Positions 34,780 through 45,224 of a DNA stretch of 64,000 bases are shown here, piece by piece. A program made the translations under genes and the position numbers. Below the pieces are notes generated by a model. The model saw only the letters and a program-made list of their open reading frames with translations. It was not told the DNA's origin and ran no database searches. The stretch is taken from the IMG/VR virus record IMGVR_UViG_3300045988_092438. The stretch is one strand, 5' to 3'. How positions within the stretch are numbered: position 1 is the first letter of the stretch; every line of letters begins with the position of its first letter. The stretch is from a virus.

Positions 34780-35436
34780 TTATTTACTGGTAGAACCAAA
34801 TCCACCATTTCTCTGCTCAGTCACTTCGTCTTCTTCTGCATAGAAGTGTTCAACAATAATACCTTGACAGAACGCTTCACCCTGCTTCACTTCTAAAATC
34901 TGCTGACCTTCATTAGTAATCTTGATGAAGATGTGACCTTCATTATCAGACTTGTAATAGTCACTATCAATGATTCCAACTGTGTTATCAAGTCTTACTC
35001 TGTACTTAAATCCAAGACCACTTCTCGGATATTCTTTCAGTACAAATCCCTCTTTAAGAATACATCTGATACCTGTAGGAATTTTGATTGTTGCACCCGG
35101 CACTAAAGAGAAATCAAAAGGTGTAAAGAAATCATATCCGGCAGAACCAGTAGTAGCACGTTTAGGAATTTTAATATTATCATACTCCTGTGCATAAGGT
35201 TCAGTGAAAACATTAGCAGGGTCACAACCTCTACCTGCACAGTATTGACCCCATGTAACTTTCTCAAACTTAGCAACTACTTTAGGAGGGTTCTGCATAC
35301 CCTTCTCAATTACTTCTCTTATACGAAGGTCTTTACCCTCTTGAATTTCATAGCCACGTTTTAAAATAGCGTCTTTTGTCTCTGTGTCGAGCCATGCAAC
35401 AAGCTCACCATCTGTCTTAAATACTTGATACTGCAT
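34780..35436 (-). CDS. dut: dUTPase with a ~70-aa N-terminal extension
   Basis: GSAGYDFF, PRSGLG, GIIDSDY and RNGGFGST motifs. Confidence 0.85.
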   Translation of the reverse strand: MQYQVFKTDGELVAWLDTETKDAILKRGYEIQEGKDLRIREVIEKGMQNPPKVVAKFEKVTWGQYCAGRGCDPANVFTEPYAQEYDNIKIPKRATTGSAGYDFFTPFDFSLVPGATIKIPTGIRCILKEGFVLKEYPRSGLGFKYRVRLDNTVGIIDSDYYKSDNEGHIFIKITNEGQQILEVKQGEAFCQGIIVEHFYAEEDEVTEQRNGGFGSTSK

Positions 35437-35439
35437 ATC

Positions 35440-36225
35440 TTATACCTCGCTTCTCTTAAACATGGACTGTCTCTTTGCTCTGGTTGCTTTTACCTGCTTT
35501 TCTTTCTCAGCAAGTTCCTGCTCCTGTCTCTTTAATTCTCTGTCAATTTTCTTTTTCTCAGCCTTCTGCTGTTTTGCTCTTCTGGCTTCTTTCTCTGTCA
35601 AAATCTTTTTCTGTTCCTTCTCAGAGTGCTGTCTGAGTTCATGCTCAAACTTAGCTTTCTCAGTGCTACCAAAAAGTTTCTTAACTACTGCCTGTGCAAA
35701 AGCACTATAAGCGTCATAAGGCATATCTTCCGCTTTCTTAACAGAAGTCTTGCTGTCATCAGCCCAAATAATGTGTGTGTAGTCTCCACTATGGATAATC
35801 TTCTTGATTTCTGGTAACTGTTTCATGTTTTCTTCCTCCTTAATTTTACCTGCTTTTTTGAGTTCACAATAAACCATGCTGACTGGTTCTGTTAATAAAC
35901 ACTTAAATTGTATATCAGTAATATTAAAAGGGCAAGCACAACCAATAAGCTGTTGTAATGCCTGTTGTTTAAATCTAAGCAGAATATGATTAAGAATATG
36001 GACTTCTGACTTAGATACCGTAAAGCATACTATAATACTAAACGCATTGTTATAATAAGTCTCCTCAATAGACGCTTCCGTAAGATTAAAGGTCCTTAAA
36101 TGTGACTCGTCTGCAATGTCTTGAAGTGTATTCTTAATCCAGTTTGTAATACCTTCTCTTGTATGCAGTTTAATCATCTTTTCATTTCTACTTACACCTG
36201 TAGCTGTTATTCTTGGGTATTCCAT
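35440..36225 (-). CDS. hypothetical protein with a Lys/Glu-rich C-terminus
   Basis: GGAGG RBS before ATG 36225. Confidence 0.55.
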   Translation of the reverse strand: MEYPRITATGVSRNEKMIKLHTREGITNWIKNTLQDIADESHLRTFNLTEASIEETYYNNAFSIIVCFTVSKSEVHILNHILLRFKQQALQQLIGCACPFNITDIQFKCLLTEPVSMVYCELKKAGKIKEEENMKQLPEIKKIIHSGDYTHIIWADDSKTSVKKAEDMPYDAYSAFAQAVVKKLFGSTEKAKFEHELRQHSEKEQKKILTEKEARRAKQQKAEKKKIDRELKRQEQELAEKEKQVKATRAKRQSMFKRSEV

Positions 36226-36235
36226 ATTAACCTCC

Positions 36236-38605
36236 TTATTTTGCGTCTTGATAACTGTCACCAGTATCATAGTCGGCTCTTAAAAATGAAACTTGTCTTG
36301 ACTCACTATTTCCAAATGGGTGTTCCATATAGTCTTTAATGATTGGAATAGCTTCTTCCAGATATTCTTCTGGACATTCAAATACAAGCTCATCATGCAC
36401 CTGTATCATCATGTTACAGCCCATTTCTTTAAGTCTCTTGTCAGCGTCTACTCTAATCTGAGCATTGATAGTAATATCTCCGGCAGTTCCTTGAATAGCA
36501 CTGTTTACTGCTAAACGTTCACAGTAACTTGACACCTTTCTGTCATGTGAGTTTATATCTGGCAGTCTTCTCTTTCTTCCAAGAATTGTGTACACACACT
36601 TATTTCTATGTGCATACTTCTTCTGACCGGAAATGAATTTTGCGACTCCACTATAGGAATCAAAGTACTTGTCAATGAACTGCTGTGCTACATCAACACC
36701 ATTCTTACAATGGTATAAATCAAGATACTCTTTCGCACCTAAATCAAGTGGTGAGTAGTGGTCTGACTTCAAACTCTCATAAAGTTTACCTGCTCCACCA
36801 CCATACATCAGCATGAAGTTGATAGTCTTAGCCGCCTGTCTCAAGTGAGGATAAAGTTTCTTTGCTTCAACTGGTGTACAATCAAGGTTAAACATATTCA
36901 CTGCTGTAGAACCATGAGCGTCATCATCATTTGCAAACATTTCAGTCAAGTTCTTATCCTTACTAAAGTAAGTCAGACACACCATTTCAAGGTTGTGGTA
37001 GTCAAGTGCGATAATCTTCTTTCTCTTACCAGTGTTAGGGTCTATACTTCCAATAAATACAGAACGAATCTGGTATTTATCATCCTCATTTGCTTTAGGT
37101 AACTGTTGCAAGTTTGGTTTGCTACATGAAAGTCTTCCAGAATCAGTACCAATCTGATTGAATGAAGGGTGAGCTTTTCCATCTTCATACAACTTTTCAA
37201 GAATACCATCAACAAAGGCAGTTTTCAGTTTTGCTAACTTAGAATACTCCAACATCAGCTTACACATTTCAACTCCCTGTTGCTTTCTCTTGTTGGTCTT
37301 AAAAGTCAACTGAGATATTCTCCAAATTGTATCACTGTCAGTACTAGGATTTCCTGTACCAGTCTCACTCTGCACTCTAAATCCAAATGCTTTATCAAGA
37401 ATAGCTTGATTCTTATTAGACTCTTTAAAGATATTACCTTTCTCGTCAAAGTAGTAACCTTTGTTATTCAATGCTTTCTGTGTCTCCGACAATGTAGCTT
37501 CTTTGTTCTTGTAACTCTGTACAATCTTCATTACTTGTGCCGGAACTTTATCTCTCTTGACTGGTGTATCTGGTTTCTCCCAACCAAACAGGATTTCAGC
37601 TTTCTGCTGACTAGACCCGATATTAAACTCAACACCTGCAATCTCATAAATCCTGTAGGTCAGTTCATCAAGGTCATTCTGCATATCAACACCCATCTGT
37701 CTCAGCTTGTCTACATCAACAGTAACACCCTGTTCCTCCATTCTAAATAATGCTTGCAGGAATGGAATATACATCTTGTAATAGATTTTATCCATCTGTT
37801 CATCAACAAGTTCTTGAGTGAAACCAAGATACAGACAGTATGTGTAAAATGCATCTGCGATTGCATAAGGAGCACCATCTTCAATCAATACTAAATCAAA
37901 GGTTACTCTGGAATTAGCTTTAAATCCAAACTGCTTCTTCACCTCATTCGGCACTGTTGCTGTTGCTTCTGCAAAGTGAGTCTGTTTCAGACCCATCTTC
38001 TCAAGTGAGTTGTCTTTCAAACCATTTGAAGTATTCTCATTACACAGCCATGAAGCTAACATTGTATCAAAAAGGTCTGTAGTCTTAATCTCAATACCAA
38101 TACGTTTCATAACGTGCATATCGAATTTAAGGTTATGACCAATAATTCTAACGTCTGTACGCTCAAATACTGGTTTTAAGTAATCTACCACAATATCAAG
38201 GTCAATCTGATTATCAATGTCCTCTTCTCTTATGTGACCTACTGGTATGTAATAGTTGTAATTTTCGCCCCATGAAATACTGATACCAACACACTTAAAA
38301 TTCTTATTCGGACCTAAAACATCAAGTGTATTAGTCTCTGTATCGAAAGCAAACTCTGGAATATCCATCATCACATCAGACAGCCATTCAAGTCTCTCTT
38401 CATCTGTGATAATTTCATAATCTTTCATTTCCGGCTCAAAAGGGAAGTTGCCTTTATATTCACCTGTGTATGCTTCACTTAAAACATCACCCAGAGACTT
38501 ATCAATGTACTCCTTTGAGTATGGTGCTTTAAGTTTCGGCTTCTTTTTAGGAATAGGCTTTAATCTCTTCTTCCCTTCAATGGGCTTTACTCTTTTCAGC
38601 TTCAT
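36236..38605 (-). CDS. family A DNA polymerase with a 3'-5' exonuclease domain
   Basis: FDTETN exo motif; DYHNLEM, RQAAKTINFMLMYG and QVHDELVFE pol motifs. ATG 38605 lies 7 nt after AGGAG. Confidence 0.9.
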   Translation of the reverse strand: MKLKRVKPIEGKKRLKPIPKKKPKLKAPYSKEYIDKSLGDVLSEAYTGEYKGNFPFEPEMKDYEIITDEERLEWLSDVMMDIPEFAFDTETNTLDVLGPNKNFKCVGISISWGENYNYYIPVGHIREEDIDNQIDLDIVVDYLKPVFERTDVRIIGHNLKFDMHVMKRIGIEIKTTDLFDTMLASWLCNENTSNGLKDNSLEKMGLKQTHFAEATATVPNEVKKQFGFKANSRVTFDLVLIEDGAPYAIADAFYTYCLYLGFTQELVDEQMDKIYYKMYIPFLQALFRMEEQGVTVDVDKLRQMGVDMQNDLDELTYRIYEIAGVEFNIGSSQQKAEILFGWEKPDTPVKRDKVPAQVMKIVQSYKNKEATLSETQKALNNKGYYFDEKGNIFKESNKNQAILDKAFGFRVQSETGTGNPSTDSDTIWRISQLTFKTNKRKQQGVEMCKLMLEYSKLAKLKTAFVDGILEKLYEDGKAHPSFNQIGTDSGRLSCSKPNLQQLPKANEDDKYQIRSVFIGSIDPNTGKRKKIIALDYHNLEMVCLTYFSKDKNLTEMFANDDDAHGSTAVNMFNLDCTPVEAKKLYPHLRQAAKTINFMLMYGGGAGKLYESLKSDHYSPLDLGAKEYLDLYHCKNGVDVAQQFIDKYFDSYSGVAKFISGQKKYAHRNKCVYTILGRKRRLPDINSHDRKVSSYCERLAVNSAIQGTAGDITINAQIRVDADKRLKEMGCNMMIQVHDELVFECPEEYLEEAIPIIKDYMEHPFGNSESRQVSFLRADYDTGDSYQDAK

Positions 38606-38688
38606 CTGCACTCTCCTTTCTTATAAAATAATGAGTAGTTCATACTCTGTTATAAGTATAAACTACTCACTAAATTACTGCAAATGCC

Positions 38689-38958
38689 TTATTGGTTAAG
38701 CTCCTGCTCTAAATCAGCTCCTACTGTCAGCTTTAAGCTGTTCTTATCTTCTGTAGTGTATTCATGTCCATTACACTTACCAGAACGACCTTTCTTAACA
38801 ACTTTCTTGAGGGTGAACATTCCCTTAAAGGAAACACCTCCTGCTTTCAGCTTGTCTTTCAGTACATCAAGAAAAGCTCTTACTTCCTGTTCTGCTTGAA
38901 CTTTACTGATACCACGCTTCATAGCGTATGCTTCAATGAAATCTTTTAATCCAGACAT
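38689..38958 (-). CDS. HU/IHF-type DNA-binding protein
   Basis: 89 aa; F..F.......R.GRNP-like arm (FTLKKVVKKGRSGK). Confidence 0.7.
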   Translation of the reverse strand: MSGLKDFIEAYAMKRGISKVQAEQEVRAFLDVLKDKLKAGGVSFKGMFTLKKVVKKGRSGKCNGHEYTTEDKNSLKLTVGADLEQELNQ

Positions 38959-38978
38959 TTCACTTGTCCTCCTTGTTT

Positions 38979-39839
38979 TTATTTGCTAACACTCTTTCTA
39001 ATAAGTGACTTAGCCTTGTTCTGTGGTTTCTTAACACTGTTCTCCGCAGGTTTCTTAAAGAGTGTTTTCTTCTTCTTTGTGGAGTTCAGTTTCTTACCAG
39101 AGGATAACTTTCTGGCAGGTTTCTCACCTGTTTCTTCGTCATCATCAACACCCATTACTGCGTCTCTTCCGTCATAACTCTCGTCTTCTTCATCAGAGTC
39201 ATCATTACTCTCACCATTATAGCCCTTAACATTCATTTCAAGCTGTCTCTCAATGATTGCATACAGACTCTCTTCTGTACCATCATACTCTTCACGAAGT
39301 TTCTCCGGCAACATATTAGTGATTTCTTTCTCTGTTAAAGAAACTTTGTCACCACGCTCAAATGTGTAGTTAGTAGATGTACCAGAACCAAGTCTAACCA
39401 TTGTGATTTCTCTTCCGGCAAGACCATATTTAGAACTAATACGGTCAAGCTGAGAAATGACTTTAGTTCCATAGACGAACAGCTTCAAGCTACCTTCTGC
39501 TTTCTGCTTCTTACCATTCTTGTCTGTGTACTCAAATGGTCTTCCATCCCACACAAGGAAAGCACCTTTGAAGGAAGGTCTGTCACCATCATTACACAGT
39601 TCACAGTTGTCATCACCTGTGCAAGTAAACTGGTTAAACACTTCCTTACCATTTCTTGAGCCTTTTACATTATGCTCTTGAAAATTGATTGGCTCTTCTG
39701 TTAAGAAAATAAGGTCAGCTTCATCACCGTCTTTTGCTAAAAAGAAACGGAACAACTTCTTACCTCTGTTTTCTGCCATCTTCTCTTGTCTTGCTTTTTC
39801 TTGTCTGTTGGCTTCAAAGCCTTTTTTGAACATACCCAT
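38979..39839 (-). CDS. putative ssDNA-binding protein (Zn-type Cys motif, acidic tail region)
   Basis: FTCTGDDNCELCNDG, a DDSDEEDESYD..DDDEE stretch, and position between HU and primase. Confidence 0.4.
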   Translation of the reverse strand: MGMFKKGFEANRQEKARQEKMAENRGKKLFRFFLAKDGDEADLIFLTEEPINFQEHNVKGSRNGKEVFNQFTCTGDDNCELCNDGDRPSFKGAFLVWDGRPFEYTDKNGKKQKAEGSLKLFVYGTKVISQLDRISSKYGLAGREITMVRLGSGTSTNYTFERGDKVSLTEKEITNMLPEKLREEYDGTEESLYAIIERQLEMNVKGYNGESNDDSDEEDESYDGRDAVMGVDDDEETGEKPARKLSSGKKLNSTKKKKTLFKKPAENSVKKPQNKAKSLIRKSVSK

Positions 39840-39903
39840 AATTCTCTGTCTCCTTTCATACATAAACTCATAAATTCTATATAAATTATGGTACTTTCAC
39901 AGT

Positions 39904-40119
39904 CTAGCACACACCATGCTTATTGTCAAACTTCTTTTTAGCTGACAAAAGCTCCAAATGCCTGTTTGTATACTGCAACTGGTTCTCAATGTAAGGGTCA
40001 TTCAAATCCCCTCCACTCTCAACCCAATCAGCTACTCTTCTGATAACATCACCCTGTACTTCTGGCTCACACTGAGCCAGATTGATAAATAACTGCTTTG
40101 CAACATCCTTCTGTTTCAT
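39904..40119 (-). CDS. hypothetical protein
   Basis: GGAGGA RBS; the second ATG is preferred. Confidence 0.5.
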   Translation of the reverse strand: MKQKDVAKQLFINLAQCEPEVQGDVIRRVADWVESGGDLNDPYIENQLQYTNRHLELLSAKKKFDNKHGVC

Positions 40120-40121
40120 AA

Positions 40122-41150
40122 TCATATCCTCCTAATTTTTCTATTCATAATGCTATGTGCATTATCAATCATATTATGAAGTTCCATATCAGACCAATCA
40201 CAAGGGTCTTTTCCATGCTTCGGGAAGTCTACAATAAGGAAGTCTACTCTACCCTTTAAAATCTCTCTGTTCTTCTCTCTTGCTTCGAGTCCTCGGTCAT
40301 CATTATCACCAATATAAATGACTCTGGAACAGTTATTCTCTATGAAGTTAGCCTGTTCTTCACTGAGATAGTCAGTCATAATTGCAAGGGCATTTACAAT
40401 GTCAGCCTTATGACACCTTATAGCATCAAACTGTCCTTCAACTAACACTATGGTGCTATTCACTACTTTAAAATGCTGTAAAGGATATAAGAAATTACTC
40501 CTGTTAAAATGGTCGTAAATCTTATACCTCTGGTTCTTCTTTCTATTCTTACTGATATATCTACCAATCACTCCGACAAGTTTATTCTCTTGATTAAAAA
40601 CTGGGATAGTGATTGTTTTATTAACATCATCATACCCAATCATAAACTTCTTCATATCAGACTTATCAAATCCCCTATCAAAGAAGTACTTGTATGTACT
40701 CTTGCCGGATTGATAAGGTGCAATCTTCCACAAAGGTATAGTCTTCTCTGACTCTTCAAGCTCAATCACATTAGAGTGGAGGTCTTCAAACCTTTTGGTT
40801 CGTCTTACTTTACCTCCAAGCTCTCTGTACTCAAGTTCATACCTGTCTTTTAAAAACTGTCGTGCTTTTCGGTCAGCTTTAAACCAAGTCTTTTTAATAG
40901 TGTCTTCTGTACTAGGGTCATATCCAAATTCGTCTGGCAGTGACAAATACAAAAACTTTGAAAAGTTGCCACTTGCACCACAAGCGAAACAGTGAAATAT
41001 CTGCTTCTCAGCAGATACTCCACATGAAGGATTAGACTCACCATGTACAGGACAACAGATTAACATATCTTCGTCTCTCCACTGTGTAGGTTTAGAACCA
41101 CAGTATTGTACAAGGTCTTCAATCTGCTCTTTTGTTAATGTCATTCCCAT
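40122..41150 (-). CDS. DnaG-like DNA primase (CHC2 zinc finger + TOPRIM)
   Basis: CCPVHGESNPSC...FHCFACG and VLVEGQFD...IGDND. Confidence 0.8.
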   Translation of the reverse strand: MGMTLTKEQIEDLVQYCGSKPTQWRDEDMLICCPVHGESNPSCGVSAEKQIFHCFACGASGNFSKFLYLSLPDEFGYDPSTEDTIKKTWFKADRKARQFLKDRYELEYRELGGKVRRTKRFEDLHSNVIELEESEKTIPLWKIAPYQSGKSTYKYFFDRGFDKSDMKKFMIGYDDVNKTITIPVFNQENKLVGVIGRYISKNRKKNQRYKIYDHFNRSNFLYPLQHFKVVNSTIVLVEGQFDAIRCHKADIVNALAIMTDYLSEEQANFIENNCSRVIYIGDNDDRGLEAREKNREILKGRVDFLIVDFPKHGKDPCDWSDMELHNMIDNAHSIMNRKIRRI

Positions 41151-41153
41151 AAG

Positions 41154-41594
41154 CTAACACCATTCCTTGCAACAATATTCTTCTGGGTCATTGATATACA
41201 CACCATCATCAACTTCATCTGCAAGGTGATTTTGGTAACACCTGTCAATAGTGTTATCCAGTTCGTCTTTATGGTCTAACACCCACTGGTCATAACACTG
41301 TTTAAAGAGGTCGTTAAATTCCTTAATTCTCTTCTCACTGACTTTCCACTCTCTGAGCTTATACTCTAACTCTCTAAACTCTTCAAGTTTAACACTTCCG
41401 AAAAACTCTTCTAAAGTCTCACTCAAATGACCCTCTTCTGCGACTTTCCACACAGGAGCAGTCTCTTCTATGGAAACATTGTCTTTAATGCACTTCCCAT
41501 TCTCATAGTAATGACACCATCTACAACACTTCTGCCAGTCATCTTTAGTTCGGTCTACTCTCTTGAGCTTCACATAAATCATCTCAATCCACAC
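41154..41594 (-). CDS. Cys-rich hypothetical protein
   Basis: CCRWCHYYENGKC ... YCCKEWC. Confidence 0.5.
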   Translation of the reverse strand: MWIEMIYVKLKRVDRTKDDWQKCCRWCHYYENGKCIKDNVSIEETAPVWKVAEEGHLSETLEEFFGSVKLEEFRELEYKLREWKVSEKRIKEFNDLFKQCYDQWVLDHKDELDNTIDRCYQNHLADEVDDGVYINDPEEYCCKEWC

Positions 41595-42936
41595 TCATAA
41601 TATTTTGTTCATACTCTTCATTTGAATATCCATCATCTGAATTTGAATTACCAGTATCTTCACTGTAAATACTGTCAAAATTCATTCTATGGAAATCCCA
41701 CTGAATAAGTACTTTACCCAGAACACCTTCACGCTGTTTCAACACTTTAACTCCCATTTCTTTGTCATTTATCATAACTTCATCACGAAACAGAGCTAAA
41801 ACATTGTCACTATCTTGACCTACAGCTTGAGAGTACATAATACTTCCCAACTCTGGTCCGGTCTTCTTACTTGTGTTCTTATCTGCCTGTGTGTTTACCA
41901 TGATAGGAATATGCCAGTTCTTTGCAACTTTCTTTAAATCTCTGGTGATATGTGTTACTCTCAACCAGTCATCTTTTGCTCCCTGTTCATCTTCCATAAG
42001 GTAAACACCATCAATGAGAACTAAATCGGGCTTTTCTCTTTCTACTACAGAAACAACACTTGATACTCCTGTTGCAGACTCAATCACCAAAGGTTCAAGT
42101 TTAGGTAAATCATCTTCCAGAAATTCAAAGTACTGATTTTCTACATCAAGTGGAAGAGTACCAGACTTGAAGTTGTTATAATCAAAGTCTCCATACATCA
42201 TACCAAAAAGCATAGCTTCAAATCTATCACGCATGAGGTCCGTACTCATTTCTGTAATGAAGATACATACCTTATAGTTATTGAGCTGTGCATAAGCTCC
42301 AACTAAAACAAGAAACCAAGTTTTACCTACACCAGACGTTGCAATCAGTGTAGTAAGTGTTTCTTTAATCAAACCTTTCAGAATGTAATCAAGGTGAGGA
42401 ATACCCATAGGAATACCCACCATACCTTTCTTCTCTTTTCTCTCTAAATAGGCTTGCTTTCTGGACTCTGTATCTTTTGTAATATCCACTGATGAAGAAA
42501 TCACTACTTCATCTTCAATCTTCCACACACCCTGCTTTAATAAGGCAAAGGCTTCTTCTGACTCACCCTCTTCAAGTTTCTCTGCAACTTCTTCCACCAC
42601 ATCAGCAGTTCTGTTGTGCATTGACTTAATATGTAACTGGTTACACCAATACAGAAGAGTTTCATCAGTACCAACTACTTCTGTACCTTCAACGATATGT
42701 GTTTCTAACTCATAGTTAGGAAATTTTTGAGCCAACACTCTTGGTGTAGGAATCTCACCAGTGTCTTTAAACTGTGACTGAATAAAAGAAAACACTCTTC
42801 TATTTTCACCAGTCAAGAAAGAAGGTTTTATCTGTTGGTCTTTCAGTAACTTCATGTCCTTATCTTCAACCAACTTAGACATGAACCCTCTTTCTACATT
42901 GTAATTCTTATTCTTCTTGCTATTTTTTAACTTCAT
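41584..42936 (-). CDS. DnaB-like replicative helicase
   Basis: Walker A SGVGKT, DGVYLM, and an overall DnaB layout. Confidence 0.8.
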   Translation of the reverse strand: MKLKNSKKNKNYNVERGFMSKLVEDKDMKLLKDQQIKPSFLTGENRRVFSFIQSQFKDTGEIPTPRVLAQKFPNYELETHIVEGTEVVGTDETLLYWCNQLHIKSMHNRTADVVEEVAEKLEEGESEEAFALLKQGVWKIEDEVVISSSVDITKDTESRKQAYLERKEKKGMVGIPMGIPHLDYILKGLIKETLTTLIATSGVGKTWFLVLVGAYAQLNNYKVCIFITEMSTDLMRDRFEAMLFGMMYGDFDYNNFKSGTLPLDVENQYFEFLEDDLPKLEPLVIESATGVSSVVSVVEREKPDLVLIDGVYLMEDEQGAKDDWLRVTHITRDLKKVAKNWHIPIMVNTQADKNTSKKTGPELGSIMYSQAVGQDSDNVLALFRDEVMINDKEMGVKVLKQREGVLGKVLIQWDFHRMNFDSIYSEDTGNSNSDDGYSNEEYEQNIMSVD

Positions 42937-43378
42937 AATGTCTCACCTTTCTTCTCAGCATGGTATTGAAGGTGTCCACATCTACCGCATACTGACTGTT
43001 TACTAATGCTCGTCTATTATAGCATGAGTCAACATACAATGACAACTCTCCTGTATTCAACATCATTGTCACCTCTGAGATATTGGTGAGTACAAGACCT
43101 ACTTGGTTAAAAGGAACATTCATCTGCTCTAAAGCGTCCTTTAATTCATCAGTGTAATTCTCCTTGTCCACAATAAGGCTCACTGTATAATCTGTGTTCT
43201 CGTAAATATAACGCATGAGAGACAAGACCTGCTTATCTACTTCGGCATTGTGGGATTTGCCTTTCCATAAGTTTAGGAACTTGTCTTTCACACCTTTATT
43301 CTTAAACTTGAGGAGACAGTCTTCACAGCGAACACCAATCACAAAACTTCTCTTGTTTGATATGTCTCCGTGTAACAT
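42920..43378 (-). CDS. hypothetical protein
   Basis: 152 aa, GGAGGAG RBS. Confidence 0.5.
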   Translation of the reverse strand: MLHGDISNKRSFVIGVRCEDCLLKFKNKGVKDKFLNLWKGKSHNAEVDKQVLSLMRYIYENTDYTVSLIVDKENYTDELKDALEQMNVPFNQVGLVLTNISEVTMMLNTGELSLYVDSCYNRRALVNSQYAVDVDTFNTMLRRKVRHYEVKK

Positions 43379-43381
43379 TGT

Positions 43382-43738
43382 CTACTCCTCCACAGGTTTA
43401 AGATAATCACTATATGTTTTTCCGGGAATAGGAGTTAAACTGAAATGTCTTCCAGATAACTCTCCGTTATTATTTACAGGTCTGAGATAAAGAATACCTC
43501 TTTCATTCTCAATCAAACACTTCCGTACTTTTAAGAATTTTCCGGCACGGACTTCTGCCATGCAGTAGTCACCTACTTTAAAAGGCTTAATCTTGATTTC
43601 AAGAAGCTCTTTCTGTAACTCTGTCTTCTCAAGACTCAGTTTGTAAACCTCTGAGTTAATATCAGTGATACGACTCAGAATCTCCAACACTCTGTCTTCT
43701 TGTGGTGGTGTAACAGGTTTCTTTTTCTTCAATGCCAT
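43382..43738 (-). CDS. hypothetical protein
   Basis: 118 aa. Confidence 0.5.
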   Translation of the reverse strand: MALKKKKPVTPPQEDRVLEILSRITDINSEVYKLSLEKTELQKELLEIKIKPFKVGDYCMAEVRAGKFLKVRKCLIENERGILYLRPVNNNGELSGRHFSLTPIPGKTYSDYLKPVEE

Positions 43739-43740
43739 AA

Positions 43741-44124
43741 TTACTGCCCTACCTTTCTGTCAAATGACAGGTCAATATTAAAATCACCCGGAGCATACAC
43801 TTCAATAAACTGACCTTCTTTTACTGCTTTCTGTCCATAGTAATCACCTTTATTTAAGTGACTCAGCACTCTCTGAACTGTTGTACTTCTGCTTGCTCTT
43901 TCCTCAAAAGCAAGATAACCAGTATCAAGATTGACTAATGAGCAGTAAGTAAGTGTAGTCTGACCTTTGTAATCTCCTTTGGAGTCTCTAAAGGAAGTCA
44001 CCATGTACACTCCCAGTACATCACCCATCTTGTTATAGTGAACTACTAATGAACCATTGTTCAGCTTGACAGGCATTTCTCCGTCTCTTTCATACTTCTT
44101 TCCATTGATTGTTACATTTTTCAT
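43741..44124 (-). CDS. hypothetical protein
   Basis: 127 aa, GGAGGA RBS. Confidence 0.5.
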   Translation of the reverse strand: MKNVTINGKKYERDGEMPVKLNNGSLVVHYNKMGDVLGVYMVTSFRDSKGDYKGQTTLTYCSLVNLDTGYLAFEERASRSTTVQRVLSHLNKGDYYGQKAVKEGQFIEVYAPGDFNIDLSFDRKVGQ

Positions 44125-44142
44125 TTTATTATCCTCCTTTTA

Positions 44143-44973
44143 TTATTTCCAATTTGTTGCTATCTTACCATCTGGGTGAATGATAATATTTGAATACCCA
44201 TTCTGGTAATTGTTATGTGTCTGTTGGTACATATCACCTAATGTGATACGAACATGAACACCTTGATAATCAAAGGTGGCATATACAAAGAAATCACCTA
44301 CACGAAAAGTACTAACACTTATTTCCGGGTCTTTTTCCAGTTCATTAAATATAGACACATCATAATCATGCTTCTCAAGACCACTAAGATACCGAAATGA
44401 AAAGGAATGATTCTTTGGACTATCGCTGTTTCTTATAAAGTCCTTGATAAAATCAAGAGACATTTGTTCATCTGTCAACACCGTTTGAATCGTAGAACCG
44501 GGAAATAATTCTGGATTCGGGGAAACATAGTCATTAACTGATAAATTTATATGAGCCAGATTACTAATACTTGGGTCATACCCAGAGGTGTTTACACTGA
44601 TAAAAGTACCAACACTGTATTTCTTATAAATATCAATCAGTTCCTTTAAATGTTCAGGATATAGGCTTGGCTCTCCACCTGTAATACTTAATCTGGCTGT
44701 TGGGTGTTCTTTAAGAACCTTTACCAGTGCTTCTTTCTGACGCTCTGAATCAAACAGACCTTTCATTGGATTCTGTCTTTCTAAACAGAAAGGACAATGA
44801 TAAGGACATTCCTGTGTCATTATAAGCTGAACATTTATCCTGTAATATAAAGGTCTTCCTAAAGAGGTTAAATCATTTCTGGTTTCTAACCTGTACTTTA
44901 GGTCTTCTTTCATCTGTTCACGAATCCATTTATAATCTGGAATGTGTGGTATAAAATTCATCTTCCGGCTCAC
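44143..44973 (-). CDS. radical SAM protein of unknown function
   Basis: CPYHCPFC (CxxxCxxC) and ITGGEPSL. GTG 44973 overlaps the upstream TGA (GTGA), 7 nt after GGAGGT. ATG 44961 is the alternative start. Confidence 0.65.
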   Translation of the reverse strand: MSRKMNFIPHIPDYKWIREQMKEDLKYRLETRNDLTSLGRPLYYRINVQLIMTQECPYHCPFCLERQNPMKGLFDSERQKEALVKVLKEHPTARLSITGGEPSLYPEHLKELIDIYKKYSVGTFISVNTSGYDPSISNLAHINLSVNDYVSPNPELFPGSTIQTVLTDEQMSLDFIKDFIRNSDSPKNHSFSFRYLSGLEKHDYDVSIFNELEKDPEISVSTFRVGDFFVYATFDYQGVHVRITLGDMYQQTHNNYQNGYSNIIIHPDGKIATNWK

Positions 44974-45224
44974 TTTTCTACCTCCTTGTTTTCTACATAA
45001 TAAGAACAGTAATAACCCAACTCTGCGTTGCAATTATGATATTCATATTCTGCAATAATTCTATCAAAAGTATCTGTTTTCTGCAACAAGAATGGCTTCA
45101 CCCATTCATTATTGTACCTTACTTTACAGGGCAACACATACACTTTCATTCCGGCTCTAAAATATCTTCTTGCTACAGCTTTGTTTACTTTATGAACAAC
45201 ACCATTATCAAAGTCATTCATCAT
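44970..45224 (-). CDS. hypothetical protein
   Basis: 84 aa, GGAGG RBS. Confidence 0.5.
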   Translation of the reverse strand: MMNDFDNGVVHKVNKAVARRYFRAGMKVYVLPCKVRYNNEWVKPFLLQKTDTFDRIIAEYEYHNCNAELGYYCSYYVENKEVEK

